A program made the translations under genes and the position numbers. Of a DNA stretch of 64,000 nucleotides, positions 36,701 through 51,700 are shown piece after piece (the first letter of the stretch is position 1; every line of letters begins with the position of its first letter). The notes under the pieces were generated by a model that saw nothing but the letters and a program-made list of their open reading frames with translations, did no database searches and was not told the origin of the DNA. This DNA is from Tubiluchus corallicola (taxonomy: Eukaryota; Animalia; Priapulida), in NCBI GenBank assembly GCA_030141605.1, contig JAQGDQ010000958.1, positions 1-64,000 of the forward strand. Direction: 5' to 3'.

Positions 36701-39700
36701 GGTTACAATGATGTAATGATGTAAACAAAGTGACGGCCCGTCCACTAGCGGTCAGCTTGCGAAACAAAGGACTGCGTCTGCATAATATGTGGGAAGTTTT
36801 TAGCAGACCAGATTTTGTCCGATTCTTCCGATATCCGTAAAACCGAGGTCCGACAAACCGAGATATGAGTGTATTTTTATTGCTGATTTGAAATTTATTC
36901 AAAAACCAAAAATTCAATTAGGTTTCTCTCCACTGGTTCCAAAACTTAACACAAGTTTTGTATTAAGTATGTATTAAGCTGTCTGGTGAAAGAATAAGTA
37001 ACTGCTGGGTTTCATTTTAGCCATTTAAATTGCAGAGGGAGGATCAAAACATGGCTGAAACAACTCAGCTGGTGCAGTGCCTCATCTCTCAATCATAAGC
37101 AAGGTTCCAGTTCTGCCACAATCATGTGATTAAGTACACCCTGTTATTAAGCGTTGGATTGCAGTTTCCAGTTTGCAAAGCTGTAAAAAAGAAAACCAGG
37201 TGACGTACTTTGAGCTTGCACATGGCGTAACGTCTGCGGTGGTGGAGCGTACATTTGTCGGCCATCTTGGCTCATCGTGTAAGCCGGATTGTACTGCGAC
37301 TGCGGCGGCATGTGCGACTGTTGCTGCTGCTGCTGTGCGGCCATCATTTGTGCCGCTTGTTGTTGACGTTGCATCATCTGTGAAGAAAGGATAACGTAAA
37401 CTAGCTTTTTGAGAGGAACAGATCAGATCAGTCCTAAAATTCACACTTTATTAATAACTACAGGGATAAAAGCTATTATCATAATGTATAGGCTAGTGAT
37501 AGATAAATGTTTGTATCTACAAGCGGAGATACAGCTTATTTAATAAGCCTCTTCACAGTTCCAGCGACTGATGATGATCGTGAAAAGGTCAAAGGTTAAG
37601 TGCACCAGACAACGCATTTGTGTACACTTCACAACGCCTCACAGCCCAAGTTACTGTAATACTAATTAGTATTAACAGCTAGCTAGAACTTTACCTAGTT
37701 CATTTTTCATCGTTCCAAAGCAAGATCCTGCTAGTAAATCACTCTATGCACACACTAATGCATAATTAAGTAAAGTCCACGTAAAACAACTAACGTTAGC
37801 TTTGCTTTACCGACACATCACATGATGGTTGTAGTTAAGACATGTTCCTGTGGTACACTTAACCTTTGACCTGCAGCAACAGAGTGTGCACCACAAGGAA
37901 ACTGTTAAAAGGCTTATTGGAAAGGAAATGATTAGATTGCTTAGGGGAGACAACAATGGGTGGTAGACGAATGAAAAAAACCCTGGAACAGGTAAGAGAG
38001 TGAGTAAAGGTGAGTGAAACAATGCAGGTAACTGTAAATCTTGAAACTAGTTAGAACTGTCGTTAAACTTGTTACCTGAATGTTGGGAGGCATGGAATGT
38101 CGTGGTGCCTGTGATGGCATGTACTGATTCGGCGGATGCTGAGGATGACGAGCTTGTAGCAACGTCTGCAGTGCCGCTTTAGACTGGGAACGTTGAGCAT
38201 ATGGCGCCCGCTCAAATTTCGGTCCGCCTGTAGAGAAATATTTCCACAACATCAAATACTGTGTTGACCAAATTACTAAAGGATTTAGCAAAAACTTACA
38301 ATGGAGCTTGGTACACTTAACATAATCATCTTTTATATGCTGATGACATAGGCTTAATCACTTAGCATAATCATCTTTTGTATGCTGATGATGTAAGCTT
38401 AATCACTTAGCATAATCATCTTTTGTATGCTGATGATGTAGGCTTAATCACTTAGCATAATCATCTTTTATATGCTGATGATGTAGGCTTAATCACCTAG
38501 CATAATTATCTTTTATATGCTGATGATGTAGGCTTAATCACTTAGCATAATCATCTTTTGTATGCTGATGATGTAAGCTTAATCACTCAGCATAATCATC
38601 TTTTATATGCTGATGATGTAGGCTTAATCACTCAGCATAATCATTTTTTATATGCTGATGATGTAGGCTTAATCACTTAGCATAATCATTTTTTGTATGC
38701 TGATGATGTAAGCTTAATCACTTAGCATAATCATCTTTTATATGCTTATGACATAGGTTTAATAACTGTTCCAACATGATTTTGCCCATGTTGCTTAAAT
38801 ATTATGAATTTTTCAATCAGTCATGATATTTTGTACAAGTGGTCAGTTATGTTGTGGGCTTAGCGAGTGAAGTTAAGCAAGGTAAAGTGCTACTAATAAT
38901 AGGGTGGGTGACTGATATGAATCTAGCTTATTTTTTTCGGTATCATGACCTGGTAATCTATGACGACCACGAACCTGTTTCATACTAATAATTTTTACTC
39001 TCGTGGTTCAGACGTGACCAAACTATTGCGGCAACAATCAAACATGTCATTACATAGGCTGTTGGGGGTCGGAGGCGAATAATGTTTAGTCATGTGAATT
39101 GCTGCTGCTGTGTTGTTAAAGAAAAACAGTCGTCTACAGTGTTCCCTCGCTACTTCGCGGTTTGTTTATCGCAGACTCGCTGTTTTGCAGGTTTTCAAAA
39201 ATATTAATGTAAAATATTTATCGCGGTATTTTCGCTGTTTTGCGGGTTTTTGCGGTACTCCGTCTAAAGTATTTTCGCACGTGCGTAGTATGTATTGTAC
39301 AGTAATGTACAGATTTGCTGAATTTTGCATAAAAAATCACAAAATGTATAAAAATATATTAAAAATATTAATTCTAACATTAAAAGAATATTATAAATCA
39401 TAAAAAATTACCATTTACATTAAATAGTGTTTTTATTCGGCGGATGAATACACACCAAAAATCGGGAGATCGTATGCTGCAGTTGGCCGCCATTACGGGA
39501 TCAACGAATCTACGGTTCGTTATATCAAGAGTGTGGTGAGGGTTTATAAAGACTTAAAATAATGTATAGCTACTAAAACAAGTATAGCGTCCCTACTTTG
39601 CGGAAATTCACTTATCGCGGGTGGGCCTGGAACGGAACACCCATGATAAGTGAGGGAACACTGTAGTTAGTATGTTAGACATAGTATGAAACAGACATAA

Positions 39701-42700
39701 TTATGAATGTTCGTTAAATTTTTAAGTTTAATTTCAGTCGATCAGAAGCGGATGTAATAATAACTTACTTCACAGCTCATTCGATGGCAAGTTTTTAATG
39801 TTAATTAATAATAACGAATAATTACCATTAAAATCATAATGTCATTCCACTATAAACGAATATCAAGTTGTGATTTTGGCCAGGTCAAAACAGTTCCACG
39901 GTTGATTTGACGATACATTATCTCTATGCTTTAGTTCATTATAAATACACATAATACATGCAAACACTCAGACTCTAAATACATTCATTTATTATAGAAC
40001 TAAACGAGTCCTTAGCAGCACTTTACAAAAACTTTTGATAATTTGTACATAAACAAGGAATATTCCTAGCAGCAGAGGTGCATTCATTGTGTTAAAATGC
40101 AAATATGATAGTGTCATGAGCGTAACGCACTGACATTAACATTAAATCAGTTTAATGCAGCAGAATGAAAAGGGTAACATCTTATAAGATGCATGCTTTA
40201 GGAAAATCTTGCCCAAAATTTCGTCAAGTGGAAATGTTTTTAATCATTTCTTTCACATTTTATGCTATTTAGTTATATTCTATTGGGGTGTGGAAGGACG
40301 GGGAATATGAGAGCTCCGTTTCTTTCTAAACAAAACATTTATCAGACAATGGCACATCTCTCGGATGCAAAAAGCTGCGTGCAAAAATATCTTTAACTCT
40401 CTCTCCCAATTTGTGTAGCAGTAAATCTCCATTCATGCAACTGAATAACCTTTCATGCAACCTATCACTGTGCATAGCTGCTCCGTACTTACGGCAATAA
40501 TCATGCAAGCAACAGCGAATGTCAAACTTACCGTCTTGCCTATAAATGTCCATTTGACTCGGATAACCACCTTTTTTGGCATTAAACAAGAAGGAACAGA
40601 AAATTAATGACACAATTTTCTACTTTGGCTTCAAATGTTAAGGGAACAGATTACACAGATATCATGGCGATTCGTTACAAAAGCAAGATAAAAAAATTGT
40701 GATCTCATAAAATTAACAAGAAATTGAACACGAAAATCTTGGTTTTTGTTTTGTTTACACCTTTCTTAAAAAGACATTTACAAAGCATGATTTGCATTTA
40801 CTTTTATGTTTTTATTTACAAGGGTCAACAAAGTTTCAGAAAATTAAATATATTTTCAAAAAATTTTGCATGTTTAGAACAAAATAGGGAAATTTTTATT
40901 AATATATATCATAATTTATATCATATTTATATTTATATTTATAGATATGTTATATTTATTACCTGTGTGCGGATAAACTTAGAGCTATGTAACTTAAAGA
41001 ATGTAATGCTAAACACTTTCATGTTAACTTCGTAGGTGTTAACAACTGATCACAAAACCGAATTTTACTTTTTTAAGTTAAAGTTTTAAAACGTTTATTT
41101 TTAAACGTCTGTTCAGCTAAAGAGGTGTCTACTGAAATCAAACGTACAAAAGTTTTAATAAATTTAATTAAGGGGTGAATTGAAGTAGTAAATGTTAAAG
41201 TAACTAATCAATAGATGGCAGCACCTAAAATATACAGTTACAACTTTCACACTCTGCAATCAATTCGTAAATTAATAGAATTTAGTCATCATATAACATT
41301 GTTGACTTTTTCATAATGTACACACAAAGATCATCCTTGATGAGATGGTTAAGTGATCAAGAAAATTTCACGTGTTATACATGCACAAAAATTATCCTTG
41401 ACGTTCTGCCGAGTGATCAAGAAAACATGATTCATGATAGAACTTGTCTTCAACGATTTACTTAATGTTGGAAATAAAACTGAAAACTACACAAAACGTG
41501 CACATATTTCCTAATTAAACGAAATTACCGATTAATTACATTTTATACCTGGAGGAAGAGGCTGCTGATAAAAGCCTCCCGGTTGCTGTGGCGGCCCTTG
41601 AGGACCTGCGTACCAGTTCCGCTGTGTTGGTTGCTGATACATTTGCTGGTCTGCATAACCCGGTTGCATTCTTCCTGGACTTTGCTAAACAAACAAAAAC
41701 TCCGTTTGCTGCTGTTGTCGAAACTCACGACTGTTAAAGGAAAACTGCACCCAATCTTAAACTGTGGGTCAAAACAATCTACTCATTATAATATTGAAAG
41801 AGAACACACCATTTTTTTTTCAAAAATGAATTACGTGACAGAATTATTACCACACAAACACAATTTCACATTTGTGCCACTAGTTCTTCCCTGTTACATG
41901 CATTTCGCCATACGCTAGTTAGACGGGCACTAGCACCTGCATTTCGGGAACGCGTTTTGCAAAAAACAGGTGCTGTACCTCTCAGTTTGTGACGTTCGAC
42001 AGCTCATGCGTGAGCACAGTGGCAAATTTGAAGCTTGAATTTTTATATTAAAACTTGCCTAGTTTTAGTACAACACACAGACTATCGTTCAGTAGCACTG
42101 TACTTCACTTTTGGCTTTCGCAAACACATGCAACGCGCTCGTAGAATGTTTTTGCTGTTGGAAATTATGTTAGTTTGTGAAGTTATCAATAGTTGGGCTC
42201 GCCCGTCATTAACTAAGTTTTTAATCTATTAATTAATTGCCAGAAATGCTCCTGCAGTATAATTGGTGTTAAAATGAAGACTTTTTATCGTACTTGAAAA
42301 TGGAGCAGTATATGAAATATCACCCTGTCTTCCTTTAATGTCTCTTAGGAAGGTTATTAGCAAGTCCTAAGTCAGCAAGTTGTGAACGTCTGAATGGAGG
42401 TTACAGCTGGGTGACAGTAAAATCATTTTACAGGAAAATTCCCAGGAAGCTAAAAAATCCAACTTCATCGAAAAGCAAAATCAAAACTTTGCAGCTGGAT
42501 TAACAACAAAATCAATACAATTTGTTTACTTTTTCAGTGATATTTTCATTTAAATAATAAAAACAACATTTATAAACAGGAAGTATTTAGAGTCAATACA
42601 ATGAATCCAGCAATACGTACCGATCTCGGACCGGAAGCCATGTACATCTGCTGACCCCGCGACGTCCTGCGTTTCTTGCTCACTTTTGATACTTTTTTAG

Positions 42701-45700
42701 GAGTTATGCTGGGCTCCGGTCTGCACTCAATGTCTACCGGTGGCTTGGGTAGCATATTAACATCTTTTCTCGGCTTCTGAAGAGCAAAATGCCAACATTA
42801 CTGAAGCAAAGTTTGATAGAAAATAAACACACAAGCGTCGTCTATTTGTTTACCGTGTTTTGCTGGTGGTGCTACATTTCCTGCAGATTTCATGGCTGCA
42901 ATAAATTGAAATTGAAATAATCCGAAAATAAATGTTTATTTACATCAGGGGTGTGCAACTTATCTGACTAGCCAGGCCACATTAAACTTTCCCGCAATTC
43001 CTGTGGGCCACATGCAGTTTGGTCAAGGAACCAAGTACAGTAGGACCTAATAACGATTTTTTTGAATCCGATTTGCGCACATCATTACTACTGCACTACT
43101 ACACTGAAGAAACTATTTTAGAACATATTAAAATTTATATTAAAAACCATATATTTCGTCATGTCCGACAGTGACATTAAGTGACAACGGTCTTGAAAGG
43201 GTTAATGCCATCCGATCTAGAGGAAAAAACTACCCGCACTATCTTTGCGATATTGGCGCAGACTTCAGCTGGATCGCGTGGGCCACACTTTCATTATGTT
43301 GACAAACCTCTTCGCGGGCCGCATGTAACCCCTGATTTACAAGTCAAGTTGCAATTTATGAGCACTAATGTATGTTCGAATTTTTGACTGGGAAGTTTTA
43401 TGTTATACAAGTACAAAGTAACTAAAATATTGATTTGTCCCAACATTATGAAAAATTCTGCACTGCAATGAGCATGTAAGGTATAATTTTGCAGCATAAC
43501 AGTGACACAAATAACTTCTGATGTCTCACGACAGTTCATTCAGACAGCCATTTTTGATTGCTTGTTTTTATTTAATTTGATTAGGTGTTCCCGGCACTGC
43601 TGGTTGGGCATAACTGTAATCCAGGAGTGCCATTGGTCAAAATGTTGTCCAACGCAGCATAGCAGCAGTGTTGCACACTATAGCAACAATGCTGCAGTTG
43701 AAACGCAAGTTGAAAAATTTGGACTTTATATTTGCAGCAGACAGCTCATTGTTTAATTCACGTAACTGCTATTGCTAACCATTGCTAAATATAAGATCTG
43801 ACAAAAACCTTAATGGCTGCCTTTTCCTGGTAAAAAGGCTTTACGTTATTTTCCGGCCCGTGTTTGGCTCAGATTACAGAGTACACGAGACATTTTCCGG
43901 CCCGTGTTTGGCTCAGATTACAGAGTACACGGGTCATTTTCCGGCCCGTGTTTGGCTCAGATTACAGAGTACACGGGTCATTTTCCGGCCCGTGTTTGGC
44001 TCAGATTACAGAGTACACGAGTCATTTTCCGGCCCGTGTTTGGCTCAGATTACAGAGTACACGAGTCATTTTCCAGCCAATGTTTGGCTCAGATTACAGA
44101 GTACACGAGACATTTTCCGGCCCGTGTTTGGCTCAGATTACAGAGTACACGAGACATTTTCCGGCCCGTGTTTGGCTCAGATTACAGAGTACACGAGACA
44201 TTTTCCGGCCCGTGTTTGGCTCAGATTACAGAGTACACGAGTCATTTTCCGGCCCGTGTTTGGCTCAGATTACAGAGTACATGAGACATTTTCCGGCCCG
44301 TGTTTGGCTCAGATTACAGAGTACACGAGTCATTTTCCGGCCCGTGTTTGGCTCAGATTACAGAGTACACGAGTCATTTTCCGGCCGATGTTTGGCTCAG
44401 ATTACAGAGTGCACGAGTCATTTTCCGGCCCGTGTTTGGCTCAGATTACAGAGTACACGAGACATTTTCCGGCCCATGTTTGGCTCAGATTACAGAGTAC
44501 ACGAGTCATTTTCCAGCCAATGTTTGGCTCAGATTACAGAGTACACGAGACAACATATACGGTATAAAATCTGTGCCATACAGAATCAGTCAGCAAGTTA
44601 CATTGTACCTAAGACAATTTTTGGATATTTTCTACTGAAATGAATGCGCAAGTCTAAATTTGTTATGATCGTTTTTTTCAATTTTCCCTAAAGTTCTGCT
44701 AGAGACACGTTCTAGAGTTTTAGCGAAGCTGTTTAACTTACAATAGCTTTCTCCGGAGGTGGTTCTAAATCCTCTGGAGGGAGTTGCGGTGGCTCCAAGT
44801 AGTATGTATCTGGCTTCTTTAAGTTGTGAGTATGATACAGCAATAATCGGTGTTGTTCCTCGTACTTCAGTGGCTTTCTCTCCATCTTAACTGCACCAAA
44901 CCACGCCCACGAGAGCGCCGCGGGGCTCTTGAGGCCCTCGAACAGCTCCCATGGACTCACGCAGATTTTGTTTGCTACTTGCAAACCCTGAGAAAACGAT
45001 GAAATCATTAAATATTTATTTTACTGCACCAAGTGTGTGGTGATTTAAAACACACAAAACTACATAAGTTAGTTTAAAATGGTGTAATGAGTACATATAT
45101 ATATATATTTCGTTATAGTATAGTATGGTATGGTATGGTATGGTATGGTATGGTATGGTATGGTATGGTATGGTATGGTATGGTATACTATATTACAGTA
45201 TAGTATAGTATGGTATAGTATAGTATAGTATAGTATAGTATAGTATAGTATAGTATAGTATAGTATAGTATAGTATAGTATAGTATAGTATAGTATAGTA
45301 TAGTATAGTATAGTATAGTATAGTATAGTATAGTATAGTATAGTATAGTATAGTATAGTATAGTAAATATACGTTAAAAGAGAATGTTTAAAGGAACATA
45401 CGGCTTTTACTGTATCATAAGTATATAAAAAAACTTACCTTCTTCTTATCAATAGAGTCAAAACCGGCAATCTTGTTTCCCTTGGTATCGACTAAGCTTC
45501 CGGTTGGCTCGCACACGATGACGGTGACTTCCTTTTTCCCGAGCGGCAAAAGTTGTTTGATGACGTGGATTTCGTCTGTGTGCTTATCGCACGTCTCTTT
45601 CTGAGTTTGCATCAATGTCTGCACAATCCCATAATCATCAATTGATTAACATTAATTAATCTAATTAAAATGCAAAAAGTGAATCGGAGAACAACAATGT

Positions 45701-48700
45701 CACAGACTCCGTGATCTCCCTTAATTCTTTGAATGTAGTGATACTGTAGCTTTTGCGCCACGGTTACTCTACAGTGACGCTATGGATGCTCTGTAGATGG
45801 GTTACCGTCTTTTAATGCTATGATTGCGTTAAGACTGCAATGTGTTATTGTCTCGGTTATTCTACAGTGACGCCATGGATGTTCAATAGATGGGTTACCG
45901 TCTTTTAATGCTACGATTGCGTTAAGACTGCAATGTGTTATTGTCTCGGCTACTCTACAGTGACGCTATGGATGTTCAATAGATGGGTTACCGTCTTTTA
46001 ATGCTACGATTGCGTTAAGACTGCAATGTGTTATTGTCTCGGTTACTCTACAGTGACGCTATGGATGTTCAGTAGATGGGTTACCGTCTTTTAATGCTAC
46101 GATTGCGTTAAGACTGCAATGTGTTATTGTCTCGGTTACTCTACAGTGACGCTATGGATGTTCAATAGATGGGTTACCGTCTTTTAATGCTACGATTGCG
46201 TTAAGACTGCAATGTGTTATTGTCTCGGTTACTCTACCGTGACGCTATGGATGTTCAATAGATGGGTTACCGTCTTTTAATGCTACGATTGCGTTAAGAC
46301 TGCAATGTGTTATTGTCTCGGTTACTCTACAGTGACGCCATGGATGTTCAGTAGATGGGTTACCGTCTTTTAATGCTACGATTGCGTTAAGACTGCAATG
46401 TGTTATTGTCTCGGTTACTCTACAGTGACGCCATGGATGTTCAATAGATGGGTTACCGTCTTTTAATGCTACGATTGCGTTAAGACTGCAATGTGTTATT
46501 GTCTCGGTTACTCTACAGTGACGCCATGGATGTTCAGTAGATGGGTTACCGTTTTTTAATGCTACGATTGCGTTAAGACTGCAATGTGTTATTGTCTCGG
46601 CTACTCTACAGTGACGCTATGGATGTTCAATAGATGGGTTACCGTCTTTTAATGCTATGATTGCGTTAAGACTGCAATGTGTTATTGTCTCGGTTACTCT
46701 ACACTGATGCTATGGATGTTCAATAGATGGGTTACCGTCTTTTAATGCTATGATTGCGTTAAGACTGCAATGTGTTATTGTCTTTTAGTGTCATAACTAG
46801 TATGGCATTCTTGCTGTCTGATAAATGCTATGTGATTGCAATAACATTGTAAACTGGTTACTTTAATCTTAACGCTTTAATTGTCATGACATTTAATTTT
46901 AGTGACGTTGGTAGTGGTGAATCTATGCAACGCAGATGTAGTATTTCCTACTATAGAGATTCTGAAAGAATAAAAATTTGAAATAAAATCGTATTAAGAC
47001 TGAATTAAAATAACTGAAATAAAACTGATTCAGAGGATAGAAGTATATTTACTTGTCGGGTTGAATTTTTACTTAGATTTAAATTTATAATGAACTAGAT
47101 AACAGCTTCTATCTAAGATAAGTGACTATGTATATTGCGCTGAGATGTTTTAACTGTGTAGTGCATTTAATAACAAGAAACTGTTGCTGTTGTAGTTGTT
47201 GCTGTTGTGTTGTTGTTGCAGTTGTTGTTGATGATGGTGGTGTTGTTGTTGCTGCTGCTGTTGTTGTTGTGTTGTTGTTGCTGTTATTGTTGTTCTTGTT
47301 GCTGCTGTTGATGTTTTTGTTGCTGTTGTTGCTGCTTGCTGCTATTGTTGCTGTTGTTGTTATTGCTGTTGTTGTTGTTGCTGCTGCTGCTAATTATTAT
47401 TTCTATTACTATTATTATTATTGTTATTATGCAATGAGCATGATTACTTAAGAATGAAAGATAAAAAGACAAAGTTTTACGGGTTACAAAAAATACATAT
47501 TGTTTTGTGGACAAAAACAAAAATCTTGGCAGATTTTAATTCAAGTATTTCAAAAGCTAGTGTAATGTAGATGTTTTGTCTATGTTTCCCGACTCCCATT
47601 CAAAGCTAATGAATGTTGACGTACAGATGACGTGGTGCAACAGAGATCAGGTAACTTTCACCGGAGTACTGAGTGACGATTTCATTTTGCATATTCTTTA
47701 AGCAAACTTTCGGGTTTTTGAAAAAAAGGTGCAATGTAATGCAAAGATGCAAAGATCCTTCTGTAAGATGCTGCAACAAACACTGTTTGAAGCATTTAAG
47801 TCTCATACTTAACTCAAGTGAAACAACCGTTGCTCAAGTGAGTAGTTGTTTGAGAGGTGTGAACTTACCTTTAGTTTATTAATAAACTTGGCATAGGCTT
47901 TTCTTGGATCATCTCCCTTCGGATCTTTGTCTTTCTCACCGTGGCATTCATAAGCAGAGACTAGAGCGCTGTGTATAAGTACGGACTGCATGTCAATCAC
48001 TGTCCAGAACAACTCACTAGATAAAAAACGTAGAGAGAGACTAGAGCGCTGTGTATAAGTACAGACTGCATGTCAATCACTGTCCAGAACAACTCACTAG
48101 ATAAAAAACACACAGAGAAACACTAGAGCGCTGTGTATAAGTACGGACTGCATGTCAATCACTGTCCAGAACAACTCACTAGATAAAAACACACAGAGAA
48201 ACACTAGAGCGCTGTGTAAAAGTACGGACTGCATGTCAATGACTGTCCAGAACAACTCACTAGATAAAAACACACAGAGAAACACTAGAGCGCTGTGTAT
48301 AAGTACGGACTGCATGTCAATGACTGTCCAGAACAACTCACTAGATAAAAACACACAGATAAACACTAGAGCGCTGTGTATAAGTACAGACTGCATGTCA
48401 ATCACTGTCCAGAACAACTCACTAGATAAAAACGTAGAGAGAGACTAGAGCGCTGTGTATAAGTACAGACTGCATGTCAATCACTGTCCAGAACAACTCA
48501 CTAGATAAAAAACACAGAGAAACACTAGAGCGCTATGTATAAGTACGGACTGCATGTCAATCACTGCCCAGAACAACTCACTAGATAAAAACCACACAGA
48601 GAGACTAGAGCGCTGTGTATAAGTACGGACTGCATGTCAATCACTGTCCAGAACAACTCACTAGATAAAAAACACACAGAGAAACACTAGAGCGCTGTGT

Positions 48701-51700
48701 ATAAGTACGGACTGCATGTCAATCACTGTCCAGAACAACTCACTAGATAAAAACACACAGAGAAACACTAGAGCGCTGTGTAAAAGTACGGACTGCATGT
48801 CAATGACTGTCCAGAACAACTCACTAGATAAAAACACACAGAGAAACACTAGAGCGCTGTGTATAAGTACGGACTGCATGTCAATGACTGTCCAGAACAA
48901 CTCACTAGATAAAAACACACAGAGAAACACTAGAGCGCTGTGTATAAGTACGGACTGCATGTCAATGACTGTCCAGAACAACTCACTAGATAAAAACACA
49001 CAGATAAACACTAGAGCGCTGTGTATAAGTAGGGACTGCATGTCAATCACTGTCCAGAACAACTCACTAGATAAAAAACGTACAGACAGACAACGAAAGA
49101 AGTTACCGTAAAGTTGTTGTGAAACTTCTCCATATTCTTCTTCTTGTGTTTCATTTTTCTTGCTTTTTCTTGCAGTATTTCAGTCTTGCCAATTTTGCTC
49201 TTACATTGCAAGTGATAGCTTATTGGTCAGAACCGATAATTAAATTAACTTGATTTGCAAAATCTACAGATAATCTTGTTTTTATGTTTGTATTTACAGT
49301 AGTACCTCTGTTTTTGACCATAATTCGTTCGTAAAACGTGTTTGAAAACCGATTTGGTTGAGAACCGAATCATTTATTCCAATAACAAATAATGTAAAAG
49401 CAAATAATTCGTTCTCAAGCACCAAATGAACTGTAAAGTATTACTAAAACGAGATATAATAATGCGAAAAACATAATTGTTCCTGCATGAAAAAGCGGAG
49501 AAAAATAAGCATAGAAAGCATTTAGCGATGTTAGGCGATTCAAATCTTGTGTATGACTGTTTCTGGCGCGGTCGGTTCCGCTCGGCTCTACTCGGCTCGC
49601 CGTGCACGCGTTCATCACGCGTTTGGCGGTTGGTCAAGTACCGAAATTCTGGTCGAGAGCGGAGACAATTTCAGCTGGAATTTCTGATCGAAAACTGATT
49701 TGTACGAACACGGAGACGTTCGACAACGGATTTATGACTGTATTTCCCTGCTCATGATGCGCTCTGCAGTTTCCATAAACAAATAAATAAGGAAACAAAT
49801 AATTAAACAAGTTAATAATGAAATGGTAACTGACCTGTTAGATGATTTCTCCACAACTCCAACAAACACAAGCTGCATGAAGAGCTGCACCCACTCCGAC
49901 ACAAGCTGAATGTTTCTTTGTATAATGTCGAACATAGCGCCAACCTAATGGGTTATACGTTAATAATAAATAATATTTTTCGCTACAGTTGAGCCTTTTC
50001 ACAGTTCCAGCGACTGATGATGATCGTGGGAAGGTCAAAGGTTAAGAGTACCAAACAACGAGCTTGTGTACACTTGACAACACCTAGCAACCCATGTAAC
50101 TGTAATGGCAACAGTTTAACAGCTAGCTAGAACCTTACCTGCTTGATTTTTTCTTGTTCCCAAACAAGAGCCTGCTAGTAAATCACTCTATGCACAGACT
50201 AATGCAAAATTAGGCAAAGTACATGTAAAACAACTGAAGTTACTGAACTGACGAGGCAGACGGCTCTGCTTTACCCAAACATCATATGATGGTTGTAGTT
50301 AAGACGCTTTGCTGTCGTACACTTAAAATTTGACCTACAGGAAGTGCGTGTGTGCACAGCGAACTGTAAAAGGCTGTGAAACTGTGAAAAGGCTTACTGT
50401 GGAGCTCAATGTGAGAAATTGCAGAGATTGAAGCAAAATATAACAAGATTAAGAATCAAAGTGTATATTGACTTACAAGACTGAATCGCAGCTGCAGTGA
50501 CTCCTGTAAGCTGTTACGAGTTTTTGTGTCCTCCGGCCAGTGGAACTTGTCCTAAAACAACGAGTAAACTTTCAGTTGCACTGTAGTGTAACATCATTTA
50601 GCGAACCTGCTAGGGACCCTGGAAAAAGTACTCTATAATTGAGGTACTCTTTTTTTAACCCTTTCAGTCCCAAATTATTTTTAAATAAGAAGAAATTTTT
50701 TGGCTTGGTACTTTTATTCAGTATGTCCATCTTGTTTACACATAATAATTATTTTTTTCTACCTGTACCCGCGTGCTAAATATAGCCTGTATCCCAAGGG
50801 ATACTTTGGGATCCAATGGAAGCATAAAATGTGCTTCATTTTGTAACTGCTGATAATTTTTTAAAGTATTTAAGACATTTAGTATGCACGCTATGCTGAT
50901 CTGTACAAAGTCATCTCTAAAGTGCTGTACCTTGCGCAGTTTTTTATGCTATGTAGATTTTCTAGTTTGCCATTTTATCACCATTTTAGCCTATTGTTAT
51001 TGGCTTACATCAAAAAAACTATTAACAGGTCAAATAACTGTCAGTTTAAAATTTTATTAATTTTAAAGGCAGAAAATATTCTCGTATCCCACGGGATACA
51101 ACGGGTATGAAAGGGTTAAGCATACGAAGCTAATCATATGTATAGAGCTACTAGATGGACAACTACGTAGTAATAAATAAGTGTATTACAGTGTTCCCTC
51201 ACTTATCGCGGGTGTTCCATTGCAAGCCCACCCGCGATAAGTGAATTTCCGCAAAGTAGGGACGCTATACTTATTTTAGTAGTTATACATTATTTTAAGT
51301 CTTTATAAACCCTCCCCACACTCTTATACATAACCCTTTCCCATTCCCTTAATAATAAATTTCCCATACTGTACATGTACCCTTTAAAACTTTACTTAAA
51401 TGTTCATACGAATGTTTTAAACTCTTAAACATAGATACGTAATTTTAAAAAATTGACGTGTGTTGTGTACAATCTCACGTCAGCAAGTAGCATCTCAACC
51501 GGGCGCAAGTACTACATTTCATTTTTGGTGTGTATTCATCCGCCGAATAAATACACTATTTACTGTAAATACTAATTTTTTATGATTTATAATATTTTTT
51601 AATGTTAGAATTAATATTTTTAATATATTTTTATACATTTTGTGATTTTTTATGCAAAATTCATCAAATCTATACATTACTGTACAATACGTACTGCGCA

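Noticed and set aside
37565-37586. ctgatga...gaaa hammerhead-like core in a MITE family
   Set aside because: No stem II pairing between the motifs, and it is not conserved in the other two copies.
40326-40613. 95-aa minus-strand ORF in a MED12 intron
   Set aside because: No recognisable domain or splice sites, and not needed for the MED12 frame.
43782-44643. ~260-aa ORFs
   Set aside because: A 44-bp repeat artefact.
47181-47430. Poly-Q/N ORF as a MED12 exon
   Set aside because: No suitable splice sites, and the neighbouring exons join in phase in a conserved region.
48097-49062. Repeat units as extra in-frame MED12 coding repeats
   Set aside because: Every upstream acceptor runs into a stop before the unique exon part.
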